Source of the DNA: a virus
Lineage: Duplodnaviria; Caudoviricetes
Strand: one strand, 5' to 3'
DNA length: 64,000 bases
Virus record (IMG/VR): IMGVR_UViG_3300034374_009547
A model generated the notes under the pieces. The model was not told where the DNA came from and did not search any database. It saw nothing but the letters and a program-made list of their open reading frames with translations. Made by a program: the position numbers and the translations under genes. This document shows positions 9,889 to 18,229 of this stretch, piece after piece (position 1 is the stretch's first letter; every line of letters starts with the position of its first letter).

Positions 9889-10732
9889 AATTATTAATGA
9901 CAAAATTCTAGTGCATACAGCTCAATGGTATATTACTCATACATGTAATATATCATGTAATCATTGTTTGAGTTACAATAACTATAATATTAAAGGACAT
10001 GACAATTTTAAAGAAAATTTAATTTATGCTAAAGAATGGGCTAAAAAAATTATAATCAAAGACTTTACAATTGTAGGAGGCGAAGTTTTTACACACAATA
10101 ACCTTAATCAATGGGTTTTTGGCTTACGAGAAATTTTTCCTGACATAGAAAATTTTAAAGTTCTTACCAACGGTACCGTACTATCAAAGTATGCAGATAG
10201 CTTTGATAAATGGTTTGAAAAAAATATAATTATTGAAATTAGTTTTAAAAGAGAAGAAGATTATAATGATCTTTACGAAATTTTAAAAAGATATAAAAAT
10301 GTTGAACGTAAAATTCACTTTATGTATGATGAGGCAATCTATATAAACGGTAAACTTTGTTTCTTAGTTGAATATTGTGACTCGCATATGCAATGGGGAA
10401 TAAAAGAATACAAAGAAGGATTTTATGAATTTTATAATAGTAATAGCGAAGAAGCTCATAAATCATGCTGGCAAAAAGATTGTCACTATTTTTACAAAGG
10501 CAATTTATACAAATGCGGAACTATTGTTGGTGCTCAAGAATTTGTAAAAAACTTTCCTGTAAAAGAGCATATTAAAAGTAGAATAAATGGATATGCACCT
10601 TTGAAATATGATCATCCTGAGTTACTTGAACAAATTAAATCTTTAAATAATCATATTCCACAATGCTCATTGTGTCCATCTATTGCTTTAGATGATAAAT
10701 TAGTTGTTGACAATAAGAAAATATTGCCGTAA
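9875..10732 (+). CDS. Radical SAM protein with C-terminal Cys-rich (twitch/SPASM-like) region
   Basis: CNISCNHC (CxxxCxxC), GGE motif, later C-x4-C...KC...CxxC. Start uncertain (track gives 9767; TTG at 9875 removes most of the overlap). Confidence 0.75.
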   Translation: MINGKIINDKILVHTAQWYITHTCNISCNHCLSYNNYNIKGHDNFKENLIYAKEWAKKIIIKDFTIVGGEVFTHNNLNQWVFGLREIFPDIENFKVLTNGTVLSKYADSFDKWFEKNIIIEISFKREEDYNDLYEILKRYKNVERKIHFMYDEAIYINGKLCFLVEYCDSHMQWGIKEYKEGFYEFYNSNSEEAHKSCWQKDCHYFYKGNLYKCGTIVGAQEFVKNFPVKEHIKSRINGYAPLKYDHPELLEQIKSLNNHIPQCSLCPSIALDDKLVVDNKKILP

Positions 10733-10735
10733 TAT
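10707..10735 (+). promoter_or_regulatory. Sigma70-like promoter TTGACA-N17-TAATAT
   Basis: Exact spacing; upstream of GGAG RBS and ATG 10761. Confidence 0.65.
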
Positions 10736-10760
10736 GTATTAGTAAAAATACGGAGTATAT

Positions 10761-11300
10761 ATGTCTATTCATGCAATGATTGATCTAGAAACACTAGATG
10801 TTACGCCAAGTGCAGCAGTTCTTACCGTTGGTGGAGTTAAGTTTGATCCTAATAGTGATGCAGAACCACACAGCGAATTTTACTTCAAGTTAGATTTAGA
10901 TGCACAAAGTAGTCGCAAGGTCAATGATAGTACTATTGCGTGGTGGGGACAACAAGATTCTAAGGTGCAGGAAGAAGCGTTCAGCGAAGATGGTAGAACA
11001 CATCCACAAGTGTTTCTAGATCATTTGCCTAAATGGATGGTAGGAGTAGATGTATTATGGGGACATGGCTACGGTTTTGACATTACAATTATCGAAGACA
11101 TGCTAAGACAACTTGGTAAACCTATTCCTTGGCAATTTTGGCAAGTGCGTGATAGCCGTACATTGTTTGCTTGTTGTAAAACGGATCCACGTAAATCCAT
11201 GCAAAGCGACTTGCATAATGCACTAGCAGACGCATACTTTCAAGCAAAAGGTGTTCAAATGGCATACAAGGAACTAGGGTTATGCGAATCGAAGGTCTAA
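10761..11300 (+). CDS. DEDDh 3'-5' exonuclease / exoribonuclease (Rv2179c-like)
   Basis: IDLET, GFDITII and HNALADA motifs. Confidence 0.8.
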   Translation: MSIHAMIDLETLDVTPSAAVLTVGGVKFDPNSDAEPHSEFYFKLDLDAQSSRKVNDSTIAWWGQQDSKVQEEAFSEDGRTHPQVFLDHLPKWMVGVDVLWGHGYGFDITIIEDMLRQLGKPIPWQFWQVRDSRTLFACCKTDPRKSMQSDLHNALADAYFQAKGVQMAYKELGLCESKV

Positions 11301-11509
11301 CACAAGCACAATGCGACATGCTAGATGCAATGTGGGCATTAGATACTGCTGAAGAATTGTATAATTACTTTCAAACTTTAAGTAATGAAGAATATCAAAT
11401 AGCTATTACATTACAAGAAATACTTATTCAAGAATGCGAAGAAGATGAAGTAAAAAATACTAATATGGCAAAACAAATGCTACAAAGCATTGGAGTAAAA
11501 CTTGCTTAG
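11282..11509 (+). CDS. Hypothetical protein
   Basis: Short acidic ORF in a tightly packed operon. Confidence 0.55.
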   Translation: MRIEGLTQAQCDMLDAMWALDTAEELYNYFQTLSNEEYQIAITLQEILIQECEEDEVKNTNMAKQMLQSIGVKLA

Positions 11510-11678
11510 ATGGTATGATTATCCTATAGCATTTTTAGCAGCAGATTTTATATGGGCTAGTGTTCAACTTGCTCTATTTCATGGCATGTGGTTGGGTGGC
11601 ATTGGTGCATATGCTGTTTATAAATATGGCTGGGATTTTTATTGTAACTGGAGGTATGAACAAGAATATGGAGAATAG
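11502..11678 (+). CDS. Small membrane protein (58 aa, below the ORF-track cut-off)
   Basis: GGAG RBS, TTG start; MLRWYDYPIAFLAADFIWASVQLALFHGMWLGGIGAYAVYKYGW...; fills the gap between its neighbours. Confidence 0.55.
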   Translation: MLRWYDYPIAFLAADFIWASVQLALFHGMWLGGIGAYAVYKYGWDFYCNWRYEQEYGE

Positions 11679-11946
11679 TCCTATAAACACACTACAGCAG
11701 TTGATGACAATCACAATGGAAGAGTGTGGTGAACTCGTACAACGTTGTAGTAAAATAATGCGCAAGTATGAAACTTTAGACTTGATTGAAGAAGAACAAC
11801 GTGTTAAACTAGTGGAAGAACTAGGGGATGTATTTTGTATGATGGAACTAATGGTTGGACACGGTATTACAGATTGGCGTGAATTGCATGATCGTGCAGA
11901 TGTAAAGAAAAACAAACTTAAAAAGTGGAGCACACTGATTAAATGA
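11668..11946 (+). CDS. MazG-like nucleotide pyrophosphohydrolase
   Basis: MEECGELVQ...EELGDV motif; start at 11656 or 11668 after GGAGG rather than 11560. Confidence 0.7.
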   Translation: MENSPINTLQQLMTITMEECGELVQRCSKIMRKYETLDLIEEEQRVKLVEELGDVFCMMELMVGHGITDWRELHDRADVKKNKLKKWSTLIK

Positions 11947-12413
11947 AAGTGTATATAGGATCATATCCTAATCATAGGTTTTATCACAACTGGTTATACA
12001 ACTGGTTTGGGTATTCACCTAAGCAACGAACAAGTATAAAGATCCACAAATACGATACGTGGAGTATGGATCATACTCTTGCTCCTATTATCCTGCCTAT
12101 GCTTGTACAGCTAAGAGCTACAAAGCACGGCGCTCCTATGGTAGACATGAAAGATGTTCCAAAAGAACTACGTGCTACCAAGAAGCAACTGGACGCATAC
12201 GGCAAGAACGGTGATGTTGATCCAAAGCACTTTGATCGTTGGGACTGGATCATGGATGAAATGATCTGGGCGTTCGAACAAAAGTGTCGTGACGATTGGA
12301 TGGAAGATTACTACTACAACAAGTGGGATCAAGAAGGTGTGAAAGCACATCAAGATCGTATGTCGAATGGTTTTAGACTTTTTGGCAAATATTATGAAAA
12401 TTTGTGGGATTAA
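11943..12413 (+). CDS. Conserved phage hypothetical protein
   Basis: ATGA overlap; DTWSMDHTLA...WDWIMDEMIWAF...GFRLFGKYYENLWD pattern. Confidence 0.65.
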   Translation: MKVYIGSYPNHRFYHNWLYNWFGYSPKQRTSIKIHKYDTWSMDHTLAPIILPMLVQLRATKHGAPMVDMKDVPKELRATKKQLDAYGKNGDVDPKHFDRWDWIMDEMIWAFEQKCRDDWMEDYYYNKWDQEGVKAHQDRMSNGFRLFGKYYENLWD

Positions 12414-12416
12414 AAA

Positions 12417-12593
12417 ATGACTAGACTTCGTAAGAAAAGGCTGCTATTGTTAGCAAGAGATGGTGGAGATCACAAACGCTGGTATAGTCAATACTGCAAA
12501 CTAATGAAAGAAGGCTTGATTACTTGGCAAATTGGCATTGCCTTTTTAACAGATGAAGGCGCTATAGAATTGTATGAAATGGAAAACAGATGA
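12417..12593 (+). CDS. Small hypothetical protein (58 aa, not in track)
   Basis: Open frame filling the gap; its stop overlaps the next ATG (ATGA). Confidence 0.5.
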   Translation: MTRLRKKRLLLLARDGGDHKRWYSQYCKLMKEGLITWQIGIAFLTDEGAIELYEMENR

Positions 12594-12775
12594 AAGTAAC
12601 AATGTGTGATCCGCCCAGCGGTTGGCGATATGGCTTTCCTAAACCGTTGCCAGCAGACTTAGGTGAAGATGAGAGTATTATTCCTTGGCTGTTGAGTGAG
12701 GGGTATCCGCAGAAAGAGATTGACAACTGCGGCAAACACTTTTATTGTAGATATTGGGAACAGGAAGAAGAATGA
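12590..12775 (+). CDS. Hypothetical protein
   Basis: ATGA overlaps at both ends; DPPSGWRYGFPK motif. Confidence 0.6.
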   Translation: MKVTMCDPPSGWRYGFPKPLPADLGEDESIIPWLLSEGYPQKEIDNCGKHFYCRYWEQEEE

Positions 12776-13686
12776 AAGAACTATGGGTAGAGAAGTATCG
12801 TCCAAAAACGGTGGACGGTTATGTATTTAGAGATGACGCACAAAGAAAACAAGTTAAGACATGGATCAAAGATAAAACTATTCCGCATTTGCTTTTTAGT
12901 GGCAATGCTGGGATTGGTAAAACTACTCTTGCTAAGTTACTTTTTAACGAGCTCGACATAAATCCATTAGACATATTAGAGATTAACGCAAGTCGCACAA
13001 ACTCAGTAGATGATGTGCGAGACAAGATTGTTGCGTTTGTGCAAATGATTCCATTTGGTGACTTTAAAGTTGTGTTGCTAGATGAGGCTGATTACTTGTC
13101 GCCAAACGCACAGGCAGCATTGCGTGGTGTTATGGAAGAATATCACAATACAGCAAGATTTATTTTAACGTGTAACTATCCAAACAGAATTATTCCAGCG
13201 ATCCACAGCAGATGCCAAGGCTTCCACATTGCTAAAATTGATCAAACAGAGTTTACTGCTAGAGTAGCAGAGATTCTTATCACAGAAGGTATTACTCCAG
13301 ATTTAGATACGCTTGATACATATGTAAAAGCAACTTATCCAGACTTGCGCAAGTGTATCAATATGGTACAAATGAATTCAGTTGACGGTAAACTTGTAAG
13401 CCCACAAGAAGGCGATAGTGGCGAAGCAGACTGGAAACTGGACATGGTTGAGCTGTTTAAAGCAGGTAAGATTCATGATGCAAGAAAGTTGTTGTGTGGT
13501 ACGGTACGTGCTGAAGAAATGGAAGAAATTTATCGTTGGTTGTATGACAATATTGAATTGTTTGGAACAGACGAACAACAAGACCAGGCCGTGCTAATTA
13601 TTAAGCAAGGATTGGTAGATCACACATTGGTTGTAGATCCAGAGATTAACTTAGCAGCTACATTAATTCGTTTAGGAGCATTATGA
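12772..13686 (+). CDS. Clamp loader small subunit (T4 gp44 / RFC-like AAA+)
   Basis: LWVEKYRP, GNAGIGKTT Walker A, LDEAD Walker B, SRC motif. Confidence 0.92.
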   Translation: MKELWVEKYRPKTVDGYVFRDDAQRKQVKTWIKDKTIPHLLFSGNAGIGKTTLAKLLFNELDINPLDILEINASRTNSVDDVRDKIVAFVQMIPFGDFKVVLLDEADYLSPNAQAALRGVMEEYHNTARFILTCNYPNRIIPAIHSRCQGFHIAKIDQTEFTARVAEILITEGITPDLDTLDTYVKATYPDLRKCINMVQMNSVDGKLVSPQEGDSGEADWKLDMVELFKAGKIHDARKLLCGTVRAEEMEEIYRWLYDNIELFGTDEQQDQAVLIIKQGLVDHTLVVDPEINLAATLIRLGAL

Positions 13687-14111
13687 AAATTCTAATATTT
13701 GGTTTGCCCGGATCGGGTAAAACCACATTGGCAAAACCTTTTGCTGAACTTATAGGCGGTGTGCATATTAATGCAGACAATGTGCGTAGTCATTATGCTG
13801 ATTGGGATTTTACACCAGAAGGACGTATGCGTCAAGCGGCACGTATGCGTTATCTAGCAGACGGTGTTGTAATGGCAGGCAAAGTAGCAGTTGCAGATTT
13901 TGTTGCGCCTACTGATCAAGCACGTATGGAGTTTAATCCAGATTTTACGGTATGGATGGATACTATTAAAGAAGGTAGATTTGCAGACACAAATAAAATG
14001 TTTGTGCCTCCTGCCCATTTTGATTATCATGTAAGTAAATGGTTTACGGATACACATGAACAACTTATGAAAATTGTTGCAACTTTTATGGATAGAAATA
14101 AAAATGTTTGA
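13683..14111 (+). CDS. Adenylylsulfate kinase-like P-loop kinase
   Basis: GLPGSGKTT, ADNVR, DFTPEGRMRQ and ADFVAP motifs resemble CysC. Confidence 0.7.
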   Translation: MKILIFGLPGSGKTTLAKPFAELIGGVHINADNVRSHYADWDFTPEGRMRQAARMRYLADGVVMAGKVAVADFVAPTDQARMEFNPDFTVWMDTIKEGRFADTNKMFVPPAHFDYHVSKWFTDTHEQLMKIVATFMDRNKNV

Positions 14112-14493
14112 TTGGAAAAAACCAACAGCACAAATGCTTGGGCGGTGGCAACCTTGGCATGATGGGCATACAGAATTATTCAAAAAAGCCTTGACAAATA
14201 CTGGTCAAGTTTGTATAATGATAAGAGATGTTTGCGGTGTTGATGCAGGCATGGGGAACAATGATAATCCTTTTAACTATAGAGTAGCAAGGAAAAATAT
14301 CATAGACGGGCTTGCTAAACACGGTTACACTTGCGGTGAAGAATATGAAATAATAAGTGTTCCTAATATTGTTGATATTAGTTACGGAAGAAGTGTTGGA
14401 TATACTTTTACACAACACAACTTAGGGGAAGAAATACACAATATTAGTGCCACAAAGATTAGAGCAAAAATGAGAGAGAAAGGCGAACTATGA
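14104..14493 (+). CDS. HxGH-class nucleotidyltransferase (cytidylyltransferase/NMNAT-like)
   Basis: [10 protein letters not shown] and ISATKIR motifs. Confidence 0.8.
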   Translation: MFDWKKPTAQMLGRWQPWHDGHTELFKKALTNTGQVCIMIRDVCGVDAGMGNNDNPFNYRVARKNIIDGLAKHGYTCGEEYEIISVPNIVDISYGRSVGYTFTQHNLGEEIHNISATKIRAKMREKGEL

Positions 14494-14831
14494 CATATAT
14501 TGTAAATGATCAATGCATTAAATGTAAACACATGGATTGTGTTGAAGTTTGTCCAGTAGATTGTTTCTACGAAGGTGAAAACATGTTGGTGATAAATCCG
14601 CAAGAATGTATTGATTGCGGAGTCTGTGAGCCAGAATGCCCTGCTGACGCCATTTGGCCTGATACAAAAGAAGGAGCAGACAAATGGGTAGAATTTAATC
14701 AAAAATATGCAGACTTATGGCCAGTTATTACTGAAATGCGTCCAGAGGATGTGCCAGAGGATGCAGATAAATGGCACGGGATGGAAGGCAAAATGGAATA
14801 CTTCAGTGAGGCACCAGGACGTGGCGACTGA
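14490..14831 (+). CDS. fdxA: 7Fe (3Fe-4S/4Fe-4S) ferredoxin, FdxA-type
   Basis: [47 protein letters not shown] closely follows alphaproteobacterial FdxA. Confidence 0.92.
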   Translation: MTYIVNDQCIKCKHMDCVEVCPVDCFYEGENMLVINPQECIDCGVCEPECPADAIWPDTKEGADKWVEFNQKYADLWPVITEMRPEDVPEDADKWHGMEGKMEYFSEAPGRGD

Positions 14832-15006
14832 TAACAAAAGTTTGATAAATGATATTGTAAGAGTAAGTGTATTAGAAGAAGAAATAGAATATTACAAAAC
14901 ACTTTTACAGCCTAGTGACACTGGACATATCCACACAACAATAAATTTTTTAAGTCAAAGACTATCTAACATCAAAGGAGAATTAGCGGGATGGCCGTTC
15001 GATTAG
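14821..15006 (+). CDS. Hypothetical protein
   Basis: GTG start overlapping the fdxA stop; DTGHIHT motif. Confidence 0.55.
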   Translation: MATDNKSLINDIVRVSVLEEEIEYYKTLLQPSDTGHIHTTINFLSQRLSNIKGELAGWPFD

Positions 15007-15683
15007 TAAGTTACACAAAAGCAACAGAAGAATTTGTAAAAGAAGGCATCAACAACGATGATTTGTTGGATTTGGTTGCATTTTGTGCTAGGGTAAGTAA
15101 TCCTGCCAATCAAATGAATAGTGAAACAAGTGAAAAACTTGTAAAGTATTTGATCAAACACGCACACTGGTCACCACTGGAAATGGTAAACGTGTGTATG
15201 GAGATTGACACTACACGTGATATTGCACATCAGATTGTGCGTCACCGTAGTTTTGCTTTCCAAGAGTTTAGTCAGCGTTATGCAGAGCCTGGCGATATGG
15301 GCGAAGTATTTGTAACAAGTGAAGCAAGACTACAAGATACTAAAAATAGACAGAACAGCATTGAACTAGACTTAGGCGCAGAAGGCAATGCCGAACTTGT
15401 TTCACGTTGGGAGGAGCTTCAGCAAGATGTTTGCTTTACAGCAGGCAAAGCATATGACTGGGCAATCAATAACGGTATTGCTAAAGAAGTTGCACGTAAA
15501 GTACTGCCAGAAGGACTTACAAAAACAAGATTGTATATGAATGGTACACTGCGTAGTTGGGTGCATTATATTGAGTTGCGAGGTGCTAATGGAACACAAA
15601 AAGAACACATGGAGATCGCTTGGGAGTGTGCTAAGGTCATCGCAGAGATATTTCCTCTTGCAGCAGAACTCAATGCCTCCTAG
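14991..15683 (+). CDS. thyX: FAD-dependent thymidylate synthase
   Basis: HWSPLE and RHRSFAFQEFSQRY ThyX motifs. Confidence 0.95.
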   Translation: MAVRLVSYTKATEEFVKEGINNDDLLDLVAFCARVSNPANQMNSETSEKLVKYLIKHAHWSPLEMVNVCMEIDTTRDIAHQIVRHRSFAFQEFSQRYAEPGDMGEVFVTSEARLQDTKNRQNSIELDLGAEGNAELVSRWEELQQDVCFTAGKAYDWAINNGIAKEVARKVLPEGLTKTRLYMNGTLRSWVHYIELRGANGTQKEHMEIAWECAKVIAEIFPLAAELNAS

Positions 15684-15933
15684 TATTGAAATAGATGTAG
15701 AATGGAAAGAACACTATGCATGGTGGCCTGTGCGTAGTAGTTGGAGTAAAAAACTAATATGGTTTAAAAAATATTGGAAAGGAGAAATCTTCTATGATGC
15801 TATGGGAAGACCACCAATAAAGGAAAGTAGTTGGAAACTCGTCTACACGGAAAACGAGTATTTGCTGTATCTTTTAAAACAGGATGAAAAATACAATCAT
15901 CCTTTAGCATTCAAGAGTGTAAGGGCTATCTAG
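15673..15933 (+). CDS. Hypothetical protein
   Basis: ATG at 15673 overlapping the thyX end; FAWWP-like motif. Confidence 0.55.
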   Translation: MPPSIEIDVEWKEHYAWWPVRSSWSKKLIWFKKYWKGEIFYDAMGRPPIKESSWKLVYTENEYLLYLLKQDEKYNHPLAFKSVRAI

Positions 15934-15940
15934 CCCTTAC
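15919..15940. terminator. Perfect 10-bp inverted repeat at a convergent gene junction
   Basis: GTAAGGGCTA-TC-TAGCCCTTAC between converging stops; candidate bidirectional terminator. Confidence 0.55.
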
Positions 15941-15941
15941 T

Positions 15942-16673
15942 TTATGCGTCTCCGTAAATTTCTAAGACTTCTTTAACAGCTTCATGTCTTTCAATATCTC
16001 CTTTGTGGAAGTTTACCACACTAATTGTTTTAGTTTCTGTATTATTTAATTGATTAGTAAAATGTATTAGTCCATTATCTTTGAGCCTATCAGCTTGTGC
16101 TAGGTCTCCTGTAACAACCATTTTACTACCTTTCCCAATACGTGTAAGCAACATTTTCATTTGATTTGGTGTTGCATTTTGCATTTCGTCAGCAACTATA
16201 AAACTATTTTTAAATGTCCGTCCACGCATGTATGCTAGTGGTGATATTTCAATTACACCTTCTTGAATCATGGATTCAATTTCATTAGCATAAAAATATT
16301 CGCGAAATACATCAAAAATAGGTCTTGTCCATGGAGCCATTTTTTCTTCTAATGTACCAGGCAAGAATCCTAGATCTTCGTCTGCACTTACAGCCGGTCT
16401 AGTGACAACAATTTTTTCTACATCTGTATCTATAAATGCCTTCACTGCTGCCTGACAGGCTAGTAATGTTTTACCTGTACCTGCTGGACCAATTCCAAAT
16501 ACAATATTTTTCGATTCGTCTAAAAGTTCAATTACATAATCTTCTTGACTTCTATTTCTTGGAAGTAAAGATACTGATTGACTTTTTTTTGGAAGGAAAT
16601 TATTTAATCTAACAACATTATTACTATTGTTTGCTTTTACAAATGCTTGCCGTCTAGCTTGCTTTTTACCCAT
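15942..16673 (-). CDS. phoH: PhoH-family ATPase
   Basis: GPAGTGKT, LGFLPG, LAYMRGRTF, DEMQN and GDLAQ motifs; GGAGG RBS. Confidence 0.95.
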   Translation of the reverse strand: MGKKQARRQAFVKANNSNNVVRLNNFLPKKSQSVSLLPRNRSQEDYVIELLDESKNIVFGIGPAGTGKTLLACQAAVKAFIDTDVEKIVVTRPAVSADEDLGFLPGTLEEKMAPWTRPIFDVFREYFYANEIESMIQEGVIEISPLAYMRGRTFKNSFIVADEMQNATPNQMKMLLTRIGKGSKMVVTGDLAQADRLKDNGLIHFTNQLNNTETKTISVVNFHKGDIERHEAVKEVLEIYGDA

Positions 16674-16689
16674 TTACACCTCCTATGAG

Positions 16690-16731
16690 TTAGGCAGGGT
16701 CTTCCATTTGCAGGAAGTGGCTCCCTGCTAA
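16690..16731 (-). promoter_or_regulatory. Structured 5' leader of phoH (nested hairpin)
   Basis: Outer stem UUAGCAGGG/CCCUG(C)CUAA and inner stem CUUCC/GGAAG, between the late promoter and the SD. Confidence 0.55.
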
Positions 16732-16732
16732 T

Positions 16733-16740
16733 GTATTTAC
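16733..16740 (-). promoter_or_regulatory. Late-like promoter GTAAATAC for phoH
   Basis: Reverse complement of GTATTTAC; same TAAATA core as other late promoters. Confidence 0.5.
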
Positions 16741-16797
16741 ATTTGATTTGCTATCATAAAGTGCGTACTGAATTTAAACCTATATAGATCTTAAAGT

Positions 16798-16805
16798 GAT
16801 AAATA
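16798..16805 (+). promoter_or_regulatory. T4-late-like promoter GATAAATA
   Basis: Divergent from phoH, upstream of ATG 16827. Confidence 0.6.
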
Positions 16806-16826
16806 TTAAAAAGAGAAAGATTTATC

Positions 16827-17390
16827 ATGCCTAAAATACTTGACACACTTGACGTTATTAAAAACTTATCATCTATTTTCGAAAATGATAAGGCCTTTGG
16901 TATATTAAAGGATTTTGAACGTGTACTAGACGAACTAGGAATTTATGTTTACAAAAATTGGGACGAAGGTGAACTTGTTGAGGGTCCTGTAATTGACAGA
17001 CATTGGGTTAAATGTGTGTTTATGTGGCCTGAAAAAGAAATGCCAGATCCTGCTGGCGGTAAACGTTTAATTGATTATGATTGTAAAATTGGTTATGAAA
17101 AATCTACAATTATAAAACCACGTCAAATTAAAAAACCAGATGATATTCGTCCAGGTACAAAAAAAGGCAAACTTGATAAAATTCCTGTATGGTTAGTGCA
17201 TATTCAAATGCCAAAAAAATTAATTATTGATATTTACGGTGGGTCTATAGAAGATATTGATTTACCAGAAGTTCAAGGACAGCAACAACCTCCAGCACCA
17301 GCAGCAGGAGCAATGCCTCCGCCAATGCCAGGTGGCGACTTAGGTGGAGCACCAGCAGGTGAGGCACCAGTAGATACAGGAGCAGTGTAA
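16827..17390 (+). CDS. Conserved phage hypothetical protein with Pro/Ala-rich tail
   Basis: Late promoter; full-length ORF. Confidence 0.65.
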   Translation: MPKILDTLDVIKNLSSIFENDKAFGILKDFERVLDELGIYVYKNWDEGELVEGPVIDRHWVKCVFMWPEKEMPDPAGGKRLIDYDCKIGYEKSTIIKPRQIKKPDDIRPGTKKGKLDKIPVWLVHIQMPKKLIIDIYGGSIEDIDLPEVQGQQQPPAPAAGAMPPPMPGGDLGGAPAGEAPVDTGAV

Positions 17391-18100
17391 TGACTCTTAG
17401 AGCTAAAGATTTACATGACATGGTCAAACCTGTATTTGAAATTGACAACTTTCAAAGTAAAATGGGCGAAGATGAAAATATTGTAGTCGTAAGTTTTAAT
17501 GTAAACGAACAACAGGCAGCGAAAGATCTTGTAGATTTTATTGAAAAAGGTTATGGCTTTGTTTTAGACGCTGATGCAACTCCTGGCGAAATTGATAATA
17601 ACATGTATAAAGTCTTTGTTGAAATGGAGCGTAACGGAAAAGTTGGTCAAAACATTACAGAATTATTAGACGGGGTAGGCAAATTAGCAGACATAGATAC
17701 TTTTAGATTTAGATATCACAAAAGTTTTAGAAGTCGAATAGCAGATACAGCAACACTAGAAGAAATCGTACCGTTTTCTGCAGATGCTTATGCTGAAACT
17801 ATGTTAGAAATATCAGAAAATTATGATAGATTTTTTGAAAAAACAGCGGTTGAAAAAATAGAAATATTTGAAGATAATATATTAATTAAAAAAGCATTTG
17901 CTGATCCTATTGGATTTAAAATAAAAAACTATGGTCCAACATTAACAATGCTTGAAAATTTAGAAAAAATTAATGTGCAGGATTATCCAGAATTGCTATT
18001 TTTAACTAAATACCTTGGAGACTATAATGTTACCAAATACGGTGACAAAACGTTAACACTGGAAAACAATGGATACACACTCGTGGTCGAAAGACTATAA
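17390..18100 (+). CDS. Hypothetical protein
   Basis: TAATG coupling; acidic 236-aa ORF. Confidence 0.65.
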   Translation: MTLRAKDLHDMVKPVFEIDNFQSKMGEDENIVVVSFNVNEQQAAKDLVDFIEKGYGFVLDADATPGEIDNNMYKVFVEMERNGKVGQNITELLDGVGKLADIDTFRFRYHKSFRSRIADTATLEEIVPFSADAYAETMLEISENYDRFFEKTAVEKIEIFEDNILIKKAFADPIGFKIKNYGPTLTMLENLEKINVQDYPELLFLTKYLGDYNVTKYGDKTLTLENNGYTLVVERL

Positions 18101-18227
18101 CGGAACATATTGTAAAAACTGCGGGCACCCCGGACATTGTGGTGTACCTCTCTATAACTCACCAAATATAATAAAAATGTGTGATACTTGCAGATGTGAG
18201 TTCTGCGCCAAGGACAAAAAGGAATAA
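18069..18227 (+). CDS. Small Cys/His-rich putative metal-binding protein (52 aa, not in track)
   Basis: MDTHSWSKDYNGTYCKNCGHPGHCGVPLYNSPNIIKMCDTCRCEFCAKDKKE; ends 2 nt before the endolysin ATG. Confidence 0.5.
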   Translation: MDTHSWSKDYNGTYCKNCGHPGHCGVPLYNSPNIIKMCDTCRCEFCAKDKKE

Positions 18228-18229
18228 CT

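Noticed and set aside
11560-11655. Hydrophobic N-terminal extension on the MazG-like ORF given by the track
   Set aside because: Better explained by a separate overlapping 58-aa membrane ORF (11502-11678) and a later start after GGAGG
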